Source: Hyalangium minutum
GTDB taxonomy: Bacteria; Myxococcota; Myxococcia; Myxococcales; Myxococcaceae
Length of the DNA stretch: 248,000 nt
Direction of reading: 5' to 3'
Assembly (NCBI RefSeq): GCF_000737315.1
Contig: NZ_JMCB01000002.1
Location: 268,001 to 516,000, forward strand
Positions within the stretch are counted from its first letter, which is position 1. Each line of letters begins with the position of its first letter. Position numbers and translations under genes: made by a program. Positions 195,302-205,513 of this stretch are shown piece after piece. The notes beneath the pieces were generated by a model. The model searched no databases. It was given only the letters and a program-made list of their open reading frames with translations, and had not been told where the DNA came from.

Positions 195302-198300
195302 ATGGCTCCGCAGATCTCCATTGATTTCCACGCCGCTCAGGCGGCTCACCCCTCGTTGATGCCCTTCCATCCGGTGGTGCGCCGGTGGTTCGCGGAGCGG
195401 CTGGGCGAGCCCTCGCAGCCCCAGGTCGAGGGCTGGCCGCTCATTCAAGCGGGGCATGACGTCCTCATCGCCGCCCCCACCGGCAGCGGTAAGACGCTGA
195501 CCGCCTTCCTGGCCGCACTCGATGGGTTGTTCCGCCAGGCGCTCGAAGGCACGCTCCGGGACCAGACGCAGGTGCTGTACGTGTCGCCCCTCAAGGCCCT
195601 GGGCAACGACGTGCAGAAGAACCTCCTGCAGCCGCTCGAGGAGCTGCTCACCCGGGCCCGTGCCGAGGGCTACTCGCCCCAGGACCTGCGCGTCCAGGTG
195701 CGCACCGGTGACACCTCCGCCTCCGAGCGCGCGCAGATGATCAAGCGCCCGCCGCACATCCTCATCACCACGCCGGAGTCGCTCTACCTCTACCTCACCG
195801 CCGATCGCGCCCGCGCCACCCTGCGCGCCGTCCACACCGTCATCGTGGACGAGATCCACGCCCTCGCCCGCGACAAGCGCGGCAGCCACTTCACGCTCTC
195901 CCTGGAGCGGCTCAAGGTCCTCACCGAGGTGCGCCCTCAGCTCATCGGCCTGTCCGCTACCCAGAAGCCGCTGGACCGGATCGCTGGCTTCCTCACCGGC
196001 GCCACCCTCCAAGAGTGCAAGCGCGTCGAAGTGGGCCACGTGCGTCCCTGGGACCTCACCGTCGAGATTCCCGACGCAGAGCTGAGCTCCATCGCCTCGC
196101 ACGAGATGTGGGGCCAGATCTACGACCGATTGGTGCAGCTGACCTCGGAGCACCGCACCACGCTCATCTTCGTCAACACGCGCAAGATGGCCGAGCGCGT
196201 GGCGCATGACCTCGGCGAGCGCCTGGGCAAGCACAAGGTCGCGGCCCACCACGGCAGCATGTCGCGAGAGATTCGCCTCTCCGCCGAGGAGCGGCTCAAG
196301 AGCGGCCAGCTCGTGGCGATGGTGGCCACCGCCTCGCTGGAGCTCGGCATCGACGTGGGCAACGTGGACCTCGTGGTCCAGTTGGGCACCACGAAGGCCA
196401 TCTCCGTGCTGCTCCAGCGCGTGGGCCGCGCCGGCCACTATAAAGGTGGCATCTCCAAGGGCCTCCTCTTCGCGATGACCCGCGACGAGCTGGTCGAGTG
196501 CGTCGCGCTGCTCAACGCCGTGCGCGAGGGCGAGCTGGACGCGGTGCGCATCCCCGAGAAGCCCATGGATGTGCTCGCGCAGCAGATCGTCGCCGCCTGC
196601 GCCTGCGAGGAGTGGGACGAGCGTGCCCTGTTCTCCGTCTTCCAGCGCGCCTACCCGTACCGGGACCTCACGTGGGAGGAGTACCAGTCCGTAGTGGAGA
196701 CGCTCTCGGAGGGCATCTCCCTGCGCCGGGGCCGCAGCGGCGTGCACCTGCACCGCGACCGGGTGAACCACAAGCTGAAGGGACGCCGCGGCGTGCGCAT
196801 CACCGCGCTGACCAATGGCGGTGCCATCCCCGACACCTTCTCCTTCTCCGTCACCGCCGAGCCCGAGGGAAAGATTGTCGGCCAGCTCGACGAGGACTTC
196901 GCGGTGGAGTCCTCCCCCGGCGACATCTTCCTGCTGGGCTCCACGGCGTGGCGCATCCAGCGCGTGACGGGCAGCACCGTGCAGGTGGAGGACGCGAAGG
197001 GCGCTCCCCCCACGGTGCCCTTCTGGCGCGGCGAGGCCCCTGGCCGCACCGACGAGCTGTCCCTCCAGGTGGGCCGCCTGCGCGAGGAGTTGCTGCGGCA
197101 CGATGACCCCGCAGCCTTCCTCCAGAAGCAGCTGCAGGTGCCCGCCCCCGCGACGGACGCGCTGCTGGGCTACCTGCGCCTGGGACAGAAGATGCTAGGC
197201 GGCGTGATTCCCAGCCACACCACCGTGGTGGCCGAGCGCTTCTTCGACGAGGCGGGCGGCATGCAGCTCATCATCCACGCGCCCTTCGGTAGCCGCATCA
197301 ACCGCGCGTGGGGCCTGGCCCTGCGCAAGCGCTTCTGCCGCTCCTTCGACTTCGAGCTGCAGGCCGCTGCCACCGAGGACGGTCTCCTGCTCTCCCTGGG
197401 CGAGCAGCACTCCTTCCCGCTGGGCGACATCTTCGAGTTCCTCCACCCGGACAACGTGGAGGAGGTGCTGGTGCAGGCCGTGCTCCAGGCCCCCATCTTT
197501 GGCACCCGCTTCCGGTGGAATGCGACGCGCTCGCTGGCGCTCAACCGCTTCTCCGGCGGCAAGCGCGTGGCCCCCAACCTCCAGCGCGCCCGGAGTGAGG
197601 ACCTGCTGGCCGCCGTCTTCCCCGCGCAGGTGGGCTGCCAGGACAACCACGGCGGTGGCGACATCGAGCTGCCGGGCCATCCGCTGGTGAAGCAGACAAT
197701 GGAGGACTGTCTGCGCGAGGCCATGGACATCGACGGCCTGCGCGAGGTGCTCCGCCGCATCAAGGATGGGCGCATCCGCCTGGAGGCCCGTGATGTGCCG
197801 GAGCCCAGCGTCTTCGCCCACCAGATGATCAACAGCATGCCGTACACCTTCCTGGACGACGCGCCAGCGGAGGAGCGGCGGGTGCGCAATGTGGCGCTGC
197901 GCCGGGCCATGCCCGCCGAGGATGCGGCGGCCTTCGGGGCGCTCGACGCCGGAGCCATCGCCCAGGTGGTGGAGGACGCGGCGCCCCCCATGCGCGACGC
198001 GGACGAGCTGCACGATGCGCTGCTGCAGTTGGTGCTGCTGCGGTCCTCGGAAGTGCCTCGGGGGCTGGATGCGCCGCTCTTCGCGCAGGGCCGTGTGGCG
198101 TGGCTGGAGCTTCCGGGCGGACGCTTCCTGGTCCCCGCCGAGCGTGGCACTGCCGTCCGGGCGCTTTTCCCCGAGGTGGCGACTCAGCCGGAGCTGCCGC
198201 TGCTGGAGGGCGACAAGCCCATGGAGCGGGACGCGGCGGTGCTCCAGGTGGTGCGCGGGTATATGGAGATGCTCGGGCCCACCACCGCGGGCGAGCTCGC

Positions 198301-199630
198301 GCGGCTGACGCTGCTGGACGAGGGGGAGATCAACATCGCCCTGCACGCCCTCGAGAGCACGGGCGGTATCCTGCGCGGCCAGTTCCGCGCGCCCACCGAG
198401 CCTCGTGCCCCGGGCGAGCCCGTGCCCCTGGAGTGGTGCGATCGGCGCCTGCTCCAGCGCATCCACCGGCTCACCGTGGGCCGGCTGCGCAAGGAGATCG
198501 AGCCGCTCAGCGCACAGGACTTCATGCGCTTCCTCTTCCGGTGGCACCACCTGGAGGAGGTGGACGCACTGCGAGGCTCCACCGGCCTGCTCAAGGCCAT
198601 CACCCTGCTGCAGGGCTATGAGGCGCCCGCCTCGGCGTGGGAGCGCTTCCTGCTGCCCTCGCGCATGAAGGGCTACACGGGCGAGCTGTTGGAGCGCGCC
198701 TGCTACGCCGGTGAGGTCGCCTGGGGACGGCTGACGGTGAAGGACGCGCGTCCGCCGCCGGGGCCTCGCCGGGGCGCTCCCGTGGAGCCGGAGGCCCCGC
198801 GTCCCCGTGCGCCTCAGCCCACGCGCAACGCGAGCCTCACCTTCACCCGCCGAGAGAACCTCGACTGGATGCTGGCTGCCGCCCGGCCGGACGCGGTGTT
198901 CTCGGACGGGGGCGTGTGGCTGCCGCCGGACCTGTCCGCCGCCGCGAGGGACGTGGTGAACGTGCTGGAGCAGCGCGGGGCGTGCTTCTTCAATGATCTC
199001 GCGTCTCGCGCCCGCCGGCTGCCCGCCGAGGTGGAGGATGCGCTCTGGGAGCTGGTGGCTCGGGGGCTCGTCACCGCGGACGCGGTGCAGAACCTGCGGG
199101 TGCTTCAGAGTCCGGCCCAGCGCCGCCGCCAGAAGCTGCTGCAGCGCGGCGGTCCGGGGCGCTGGAGCCTGCTGGTTCCCTCCGAGCCGAAGCCTGCCGA
199201 CGAGGTGCTCGAGCAGCGCGCGCGCCTGTTCCTCCAGCGCTACGGCATCATCTGGAGAGACCTGGCGATGCGCGAGGCACTGGCGCCCAGCTGGCGCGAG
199301 CTGCTGTTCATCTACCGCCGCATGGAGGCGCGCGGAGAGGTGCGCGGCGGGCGCTTCGTCTCGGGCTTCGTGGGCGAGCAGTTCGCGCTCCCCGAGGCGG
199401 TGGACATGGCGCGGGCGGTGCGGCGCCAGGCGCCCTCGGGTGTGCGGGTGCAGTTGTCGGCGGTGGATCCGCTCAACCTCACGGGCGTGGTGACGCCAGG
199501 GCCGCGCGTGCCCGCCACGGTGGGAAACGTTGTCACCTGGATAGATGGCATTCCCCAGGGCGTCGACGCGCTCGCCGAGGACGAGGACGAGGGGCCCGAG
199601 GCTCCCGAGGGCGAAGCGGCCGCGAGCTGA
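195302..199630 (+). CDS. lhr: Lhr-family SF2 helicase
   Basis: APTGSGKT, DEIH, LSAT, SLELGID, QR.GR.GH; C-terminal winged-helix extension. Confidence 0.92.
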   Translation: MAPQISIDFHAAQAAHPSLMPFHPVVRRWFAERLGEPSQPQVEGWPLIQAGHDVLIAAPTGSGKTLTAFLAALDGLFRQALEGTLRDQTQVLYVSPLKALGNDVQKNLLQPLEELLTRARAEGYSPQDLRVQVRTGDTSASERAQMIKRPPHILITTPESLYLYLTADRARATLRAVHTVIVDEIHALARDKRGSHFTLSLERLKVLTEVRPQLIGLSATQKPLDRIAGFLTGATLQECKRVEVGHVRPWDLTVEIPDAELSSIASHEMWGQIYDRLVQLTSEHRTTLIFVNTRKMAERVAHDLGERLGKHKVAAHHGSMSREIRLSAEERLKSGQLVAMVATASLELGIDVGNVDLVVQLGTTKAISVLLQRVGRAGHYKGGISKGLLFAMTRDELVECVALLNAVREGELDAVRIPEKPMDVLAQQIVAACACEEWDERALFSVFQRAYPYRDLTWEEYQSVVETLSEGISLRRGRSGVHLHRDRVNHKLKGRRGVRITALTNGGAIPDTFSFSVTAEPEGKIVGQLDEDFAVESSPGDIFLLGSTAWRIQRVTGSTVQVEDAKGAPPTVPFWRGEAPGRTDELSLQVGRLREELLRHDDPAAFLQKQLQVPAPATDALLGYLRLGQKMLGGVIPSHTTVVAERFFDEAGGMQLIIHAPFGSRINRAWGLALRKRFCRSFDFELQAAATEDGLLLSLGEQHSFPLGDIFEFLHPDNVEEVLVQAVLQAPIFGTRFRWNATRSLALNRFSGGKRVAPNLQRARSEDLLAAVFPAQVGCQDNHGGGDIELPGHPLVKQTMEDCLREAMDIDGLREVLRRIKDGRIRLEARDVPEPSVFAHQMINSMPYTFLDDAPAEERRVRNVALRRAMPAEDAAAFGALDAGAIAQVVEDAAPPMRDADELHDALLQLVLLRSSEVPRGLDAPLFAQGRVAWLELPGGRFLVPAERGTAVRALFPEVATQPELPLLEGDKPMERDAAVLQVVRGYMEMLGPTTAGELARLTLLDEGEINIALHALESTGGILRGQFRAPTEPRAPGEPVPLEWCDRRLLQRIHRLTVGRLRKEIEPLSAQDFMRFLFRWHHLEEVDALRGSTGLLKAITLLQGYEAPASAWERFLLPSRMKGYTGELLERACYAGEVAWGRLTVKDARPPPGPRRGAPVEPEAPRPRAPQPTRNASLTFTRRENLDWMLAAARPDAVFSDGGVWLPPDLSAAARDVVNVLEQRGACFFNDLASRARRLPAEVEDALWELVARGLVTADAVQNLRVLQSPAQRRRQKLLQRGGPGRWSLLVPSEPKPADEVLEQRARLFLQRYGIIWRDLAMREALAPSWRELLFIYRRMEARGEVRGGRFVSGFVGEQFALPEAVDMARAVRRQAPSGVRVQLSAVDPLNLTGVVTPGPRVPATVGNVVTWIDGIPQGVDALAEDEDEGPEAPEGEAAAS

Positions 199631-199702
199631 GCGAGGCGGGAAGAGGGCGCGCGGCGCCTCCAGGGCTGCTAGGGTGTCCCCGTCACAGCGAGGGGAACGC
199701 CG

Positions 199703-202258
199703 ATGCGCCGTCTGCTCATCCTGGGGTTGTTGTTACTCACGGGCTGTCCTGAAGACACGGGCGAAGAGCCGCTTCCGACCGACGAGGGTCGCGTCCAGGG
199801 CAAGCTGACTCCATTCCTGGGCTCCAGCTCCGTGGGCTCCACGGCGTCGCGCCCGGCCCTGCTCCAAGGCCAAGGGGCCGCCGAGCTCTCCCGAGCTCTC
199901 CAGCGTGCACGCGCGCAGCAGCAGCGGCTGAAGCAGCAGAAGGCCTCGCTGGATGTCTCGCAGCCGGACTTCCCGGTCATCCCGACGCCTCCGGGGCCTC
200001 CGCCGCTCAAGCGGCTGCCTGCGGGGGATCCCACCATCATCGGTGACGTCATCGTCCGCTTCGAGCAGGCGGGGGTGAGCGCGCAGCGGGCCCTGGAGCA
200101 GGTCCAGGTGCCCGGCTACCGAGTGACGCACAAGGGCTACTCCAGCGAGTACCTGCACCTGGTGGGCTTCGAGGCGCTCGATGGCCACGCGCTCACGGTG
200201 GAGGAGACGGGCCAGCTGGTGTCGCAGCTGGCGCAGGTGCCCGGCGTGCGCTTCACCGAGAAGAACCTGCGCATGTACCCGTTCCGCACGCCGAACGACA
200301 AGGTGTACTCGCTGCAGTGGCATTACTCGGCGCTGAACCTCCCGGCCGCCTGGGACGTGAGCACGGGCGGCAGCACCGTGACGGTGGCCGTGCTCGACAC
200401 GGGCATCGTCTCCCACCCGGACCTCACCCCGCGCATCGTCGCGGGCTACGACATGGTCAGCGACGTGTCCAACGCGGGGGATGGGAACGGCCGTGACTCG
200501 GATCCCACCGACATGGGCGGCGACGAGCCGGGGGGTGGCTCCTCGTGGCACGGCTCGCACGTGGCGGGCACCATCGGCGCGGCCACGGACAACACCAGCG
200601 GCGTGGCGGGCGTTACTTGGACGGCGCGCATCATGCCGGTGCGCGTGCTGGGCAAGCAGGGTGGAACCAGCGCGGACATCGCCGCTGCCATGACGTGGGC
200701 CACGGGCGGCAGCGTGCCGGGCTTGCCGGCCAACCCCACGCCCGCCAAGGTCGTCAACATGAGCCTCGGCGGCGCCTCGGCTCCGTCGCGGACGTACCAG
200801 GATGTCATCGACGCGCGCGTGCCGGCCGGGGCCATCTTCGTCATCGCCGCGGGCAACGAGAACACGGACGCGGCCAACTCCACGCCGTGCAACCAGCAGA
200901 ACGTCATCTGCGTGGGCTCGACGAACTTCGCGGGCAAGCGCAGCAGCTTCTCCAACTACGGCGCGCCGGTGGATGTGATGGCGGCGGGCGGCGAGATGCG
201001 CGAGGACCTCAACGGCGACGGGTACGCGGACGGCGTGCTCTCCACCGCGCTGGATGACAACAAGCAGCCGGCCTACGTCTTCAACCAGGGCACCAGCATG
201101 GCCACGCCGCACGTGTCGGGTGTGGTGGCGCTGATGGCCGCCGTGAGCGCTGACCAGGGCCAGAACCTGACGATGGCGCAGGCGGAGAACATCTTGAAGG
201201 CCACGGCCAGCCCCAGCAGCCAGTGCTCCCAGGGCTGTGGCGCGGGCCTGGTGAACGCGCAGGCGGCGCTCAAGGCGCTGAGTGGCAACCCCAACGACCC
201301 GCCGAAGCTGGGCGTCACCACCTCGCTGCTGTCCTTCCGCAACGGTGGCACGCAGCAGGTGCTCCTCTCCAACCTGGGCGGAGGTTCTCTGAAGGTGACG
201401 CTGGCGAAGTCGGGGACTCAGGCCTCCGCGGTGACGCTCTCTACCACCACCGTGACCATCCCTGCCTTCCGCACCCAAACGCTGGACGTGGGCGTGAACA
201501 CGGGGGGGCTCGCCAACGGGGACTACTCGGCGACGCTCACCCTCACGGGGACGGATGCGAACTCGAACGCGGCCGTGGGCACGGCGACGGTGGCGGTGAA
201601 GATCCGCGTGGGCCTGGCGGAGGATCAGGACGCGTTCATCGCGTTCGCGTACCAGAACTCGCTCGGCGAGTGGAAGGTGGACGACAATGCGGTCGCGGTC
201701 GTCGAGGCGTCGACGGGCTACCAGTACAGCATCAAGTTGTCGGCGAGGACGTACTACACGCTCGCGACGATCGACGACGACAACGACGGCGAGTTCTTCG
201801 AGGACGGCGAGCGCACGGGCTTCTGGCGGAACGTGGACGACTTCGAGCCCATCCCGCTGGCGGCGCAGCAGACGATCACGGGCATCAGCTATGACTTGGT
201901 GCCGCTGGCCCCCATCGACGACTCGCCCGCGCTGGTGGTGGGCAGCCCCTGCACGAGCAACGCGGACTGCCCGGATGGCGGCCGGTGCGTGCTGAGCTAC
202001 CCCGGCGGCTACTGCACGCGCGACTGCAACACGCAGTCCTGCCCCGCGGGCTCCAAGTGCTACGTCGTGGACCAGGCCTCCGACGCCCGGGTCTGCATCC
202101 AGAGTTGCTCGGGGCCGAGCCTGGGACAGAGCAACTGCCGCACCAGCTACGTCTGCTACGACGATTCGGCGGGGGGCGGACAGTGCCTGCCGAACTGCAA
202201 CGCCTACAACATCTGCGGCTCCACCCCCGCGTGCCGGGCCAACGGCTACTGCCAGTAG
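199703..202258 (+). CDS. S8 subtilisin-like serine protease lipoprotein
   Basis: DTG, HG.HVAG, GTSMATP; Cys-rich C-terminus. Confidence 0.92.
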   Translation: MRRLLILGLLLLTGCPEDTGEEPLPTDEGRVQGKLTPFLGSSSVGSTASRPALLQGQGAAELSRALQRARAQQQRLKQQKASLDVSQPDFPVIPTPPGPPPLKRLPAGDPTIIGDVIVRFEQAGVSAQRALEQVQVPGYRVTHKGYSSEYLHLVGFEALDGHALTVEETGQLVSQLAQVPGVRFTEKNLRMYPFRTPNDKVYSLQWHYSALNLPAAWDVSTGGSTVTVAVLDTGIVSHPDLTPRIVAGYDMVSDVSNAGDGNGRDSDPTDMGGDEPGGGSSWHGSHVAGTIGAATDNTSGVAGVTWTARIMPVRVLGKQGGTSADIAAAMTWATGGSVPGLPANPTPAKVVNMSLGGASAPSRTYQDVIDARVPAGAIFVIAAGNENTDAANSTPCNQQNVICVGSTNFAGKRSSFSNYGAPVDVMAAGGEMREDLNGDGYADGVLSTALDDNKQPAYVFNQGTSMATPHVSGVVALMAAVSADQGQNLTMAQAENILKATASPSSQCSQGCGAGLVNAQAALKALSGNPNDPPKLGVTTSLLSFRNGGTQQVLLSNLGGGSLKVTLAKSGTQASAVTLSTTTVTIPAFRTQTLDVGVNTGGLANGDYSATLTLTGTDANSNAAVGTATVAVKIRVGLAEDQDAFIAFAYQNSLGEWKVDDNAVAVVEASTGYQYSIKLSARTYYTLATIDDDNDGEFFEDGERTGFWRNVDDFEPIPLAAQQTITGISYDLVPLAPIDDSPALVVGSPCTSNADCPDGGRCVLSYPGGYCTRDCNTQSCPAGSKCYVVDQASDARVCIQSCSGPSLGQSNCRTSYVCYDDSAGGGQCLPNCNAYNICGSTPACRANGYCQ

Positions 202259-202344
202259 CGGCACGCTGAGGGAGCAGGGCAGGGGCGTCGGGTGTTTCAC
202301 CCGGCGCCCCTTGCCGTTTCAGGGCCTGAAGTGGGGGAGGCGGC

Positions 202345-204066
202345 TCAGGTCAACGCCTTGGCGGCGGGGAGGTTGAGGCGGAACGTGGTGCCCCGGTCCA
202401 CCTCGCTCTCCACCGTGATGGTGCCGCCGAGCGTGGTGATGATGCTGTGGACCATGGCGAGTCCCAGGCCGGTGCCCTCGCCCACGGGCTTCGTGGTGAA
202501 GAACGGATCGAAGATGCGGTCCAGGTTCTCTGGAGGAATTCCGCACCCGGTGTCGCGGATCTCCACCACGATGAACTCGGGCGTGTCCTGCCGGGTGGAG
202601 ACGCGGATCTCGTTCTCCTCCACCTGCCCCTCGGGAATGGCATGGGCGGCGTTGATGAGCAGGTTGAGGAACACCTGGCCCAGGCGCGAGGCATTGCCCT
202701 GCACGGGGGGCACGTCCTCGCCCAGCTCCGCCACGAGGCGGGCGCGGCGGCGGATCTCGTGTGAGGCAATCTTCACCGCGGCGTGCACCACGGTCTTCAG
202801 GTCCGCCCGTCCGTTCTGGGCGTCGTCCGGGCGCGAGAGCGTCTTGAGATCCTGGACGATGACGCGCACACGCTCGGCGCCCTCCTTGGCATCCGTGACG
202901 GCCGTCAGCAGCTCCTGGAAGTCCTCCTGCGAGGGAGCCCCTTGGGTGCGGTTCAGCTCCTTGTGGAGGAAGTTGAGGTTGCTGATGACGTAGGCCAGCG
203001 GGTTGTTGATCTCGTGGCCCACGCCCGCGGCCAGCTTGCCCATGGAGGCCAGGCGGTCATTGAAGATGAGCTGCGCCTGCATGCTCTGGAGCTGCCGCAG
203101 GCTGGAGGCCAACTGGATGTTGGCGTTCTCGAGCTCTCCGGTGCGCGCGCGCACCATGTGCTCCAGGGCCGCGTTGTAGCGGTGAAGGTCTCTCGCGGCG
203201 ATCTCGGCCTCCTCGCGGCGCTCGCGCTCAGCGGCCTCGGCCTGGGCCTGGAGCATGCGCTCCTTCTCGCGCAGGGAATCCCTCAGCTCCTGCGCCATCC
203301 GGTTGAGGGCGTGCGCGAGCGAGCCCAGCTCGTCCTGGCGCTCGGCGGGGAGCTCGGCGGAGAAATCTCCCTGGCGGATGCGCTCGGCGGTGGTGTGCAG
203401 CTCGCGCAACTCACGCAGCAGGGGCGCCAGGAGGAACGCGGCCAGCGGGCCTAGCACCAGGCCCACCAAAAGCGGCAGGACGCCACTCAGCACCTGCTCA
203501 TTCTCGAGGTGCTCGTCCATCTGGGCCTGGAGCAGCTGCTTCCGCTCCCGCTGGGCGGCTGCGGCGTTGTCGAGGTGAGGCCTCACCCCTTGCTCATAGG
203601 TGGAGAACAGCTCCCACCAGGCGCTGTTGGAGGAGTTGGCGGGGAGCGTCACCGGCCGGAGCACCACCTCTACGCCTCGGGCCCATTGGCGCTGGGCGTC
203701 AATGAGGTTCTCGATGAGCTGGGATTGACGGGCATTGCCTGGAGTGTCTTTCCACTGCTGCTCCTCGCGCAGGCCCTCCTGCAGGTTGAGAAGGTTCTCG
203801 TTGAGCAGTTGCTCGTAGTCCCGGAGCAGTGCGCGCGAGTCCATTCCCAGACGTCCCGCCTGGAGCAGGTGTGCCAGATAGTTCCATGCCTGGGGCTGCA
203901 TCCCGGAATAGAGGCGCAGTTGCTGATCCACCACCGCGATGCGCGCGCGGAGCTCCTGCGCGCTCGAGGCATTGCGGTGCAGCACGATCCCCGCGGCGGC
204001 CACGAGACCGAACGCCACCCCCGCGAACAGCAGGACCTTGGTGCGGATCGACATGGAGACAGGCAT
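202345..204066 (-). CDS. HAMP sensor histidine kinase
   Basis: TM, HAMP, HEINNPL, FFTTK. Confidence 0.9.
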   Translation of the reverse strand: MPVSMSIRTKVLLFAGVAFGLVAAAGIVLHRNASSAQELRARIAVVDQQLRLYSGMQPQAWNYLAHLLQAGRLGMDSRALLRDYEQLLNENLLNLQEGLREEQQWKDTPGNARQSQLIENLIDAQRQWARGVEVVLRPVTLPANSSNSAWWELFSTYEQGVRPHLDNAAAAQRERKQLLQAQMDEHLENEQVLSGVLPLLVGLVLGPLAAFLLAPLLRELRELHTTAERIRQGDFSAELPAERQDELGSLAHALNRMAQELRDSLREKERMLQAQAEAAERERREEAEIAARDLHRYNAALEHMVRARTGELENANIQLASSLRQLQSMQAQLIFNDRLASMGKLAAGVGHEINNPLAYVISNLNFLHKELNRTQGAPSQEDFQELLTAVTDAKEGAERVRVIVQDLKTLSRPDDAQNGRADLKTVVHAAVKIASHEIRRRARLVAELGEDVPPVQGNASRLGQVFLNLLINAAHAIPEGQVEENEIRVSTRQDTPEFIVVEIRDTGCGIPPENLDRIFDPFFTTKPVGEGTGLGLAMVHSIITTLGGTITVESEVDRGTTFRLNLPAAKALT

Positions 204067-204161
204067 TAGGAGAGAAGGGCCTCCAGCACAAGATGGGTGG
204101 TGGACACTTGCGCTGGAGGCAGGTTCCCTCCGCCCAGAACTTGCATCATCTTCTGGGGGCT

Positions 204162-204785
204162 TTGCACACCGAGCCGCGAAATCTTCTCCAGCGTCTCAAG
204201 GCCGAGACGCGTCCCCACCACGAGCGCGCGGAGCGCACCGTCCGCTTGATGGACCCCGGCCTCACCCTCGAGCACTACCGCCACCACCTGGAGGCGCTCT
204301 ACGGCTTCTATGGCCCGCTCGAAGCCCGGCTGGCTCGACAGCTCTCCGGCCTCGTCCCTGAGTTGCGCGCCTCTGAGCGGTGGAAGCTCCCGCTGCTCGC
204401 GAGAGACCTGCGCTCGCTGGGGCATGACGCAGCATCCCTCGCGAGCCTGCCCCAGGCCACCTGGCTGCCGCCGCTCACGGGCCTGCCCGAGGCACTCGGC
204501 GGCTTCTACGTCCTGGAGGGGGCCACGCTCGGGGGCCAGCTCATCCTCCGCCACCTTCGGCGCCACTTCGAGGGCATCCCCGCGGGCGAGTTCGCCTTCT
204601 TCCGCGCCTATGACGAGGACGTGGGCCCCATGTGGAAGGCCTTCGGCGAGGCCGTCACCCGCGCCTCCGAGGCTGCTGCCTCCGAGGACTTCGACTCACG
204701 CGCCGTTCAGTCCGCCAAGGACACCTTCGATGCCTTCGGACGCTGGCTCCAGAAGGAGGCCTCGGAGGCCACGCTGGAGCCTTGA
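204162..204785 (+). CDS. Biliverdin-producing heme oxygenase (BphO-like)
   Basis: LK..T...H, YVLEGATLGG, A..TF. Confidence 0.88.
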   Translation: MHTEPRNLLQRLKAETRPHHERAERTVRLMDPGLTLEHYRHHLEALYGFYGPLEARLARQLSGLVPELRASERWKLPLLARDLRSLGHDAASLASLPQATWLPPLTGLPEALGGFYVLEGATLGGQLILRHLRRHFEGIPAGEFAFFRAYDEDVGPMWKAFGEAVTRASEAAASEDFDSRAVQSAKDTFDAFGRWLQKEASEATLEP

Positions 204786-204791
204786 GCCGGC

Positions 204792-205355
204792 CTACGGCGA
204801 GGCCGGCAGGCTGCCACGCAGCATGAAGAACACCACCACGCCCGTCACCGAGACGTAGATCCAGATGGGCGCCAGCCACCGCGTCACCTTGCGGTGCCGC
204901 CGGAAGTCCTGCTTCCACGCGAAGTAGAAGGCCGTCAGTGCCAGCGGCAGCACCGGCATGGACAGCAGCACGTGCGTGGCGAGGATGAGCAGGTACACCG
205001 CCTTCATTGCCCCCGTCCCCGCGTACTTCGTGTCCCCGTGCACGTAGTGGTACGCCAGGTACCCCACCAGGAACAGCGATGACGCCGCGAACGTGGACAC
205101 CATCAGGTACTGGTGCAGCCGCCGCGCGCCCTTCCTGATGGCCACCCACCCGGCCACCAACAGGCTCGCCGCCAGCGCGTTCAGGCTCGCGTTCACCGCG
205201 GGCATGAACCGCAGATCCACGCCCTCCGCGCCCCCGCGCCGGATCAGCAGCAGCCACGCCAGCAATGCCAGGGCCGCCGCCGACACAACGCCCGTGAAGA
205301 CGTAGAAGGTTCGATCACTCACACGGGATGTAGGGGCTTGGCTCGCGGTCGACAT
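204792..205355 (-). CDS. DUF420 membrane protein
   Basis: VNA.LN, H...M, YL.IL.TH, YVSVTGV. Confidence 0.88.
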   Translation of the reverse strand: MSTASQAPTSRVSDRTFYVFTGVVSAAALALLAWLLLIRRGGAEGVDLRFMPAVNASLNALAASLLVAGWVAIRKGARRLHQYLMVSTFAASSLFLVGYLAYHYVHGDTKYAGTGAMKAVYLLILATHVLLSMPVLPLALTAFYFAWKQDFRRHRKVTRWLAPIWIYVSVTGVVVFFMLRGSLPASP

Positions 205356-205513
205356 GGGTCTCTGAATGTCTGGAACCTCGCACACTTGCAACTGCTCACC
205401 GGGGGGTAGGGGGTGAGGCTACCTCCACTGTGTGTGAAGGGGGACTGGCTAAAGATCGGAAATCCGGGCATAACACGTGTCCGGAATCACCCAGTACCCC
205501 CCCGGAGGTCCCT

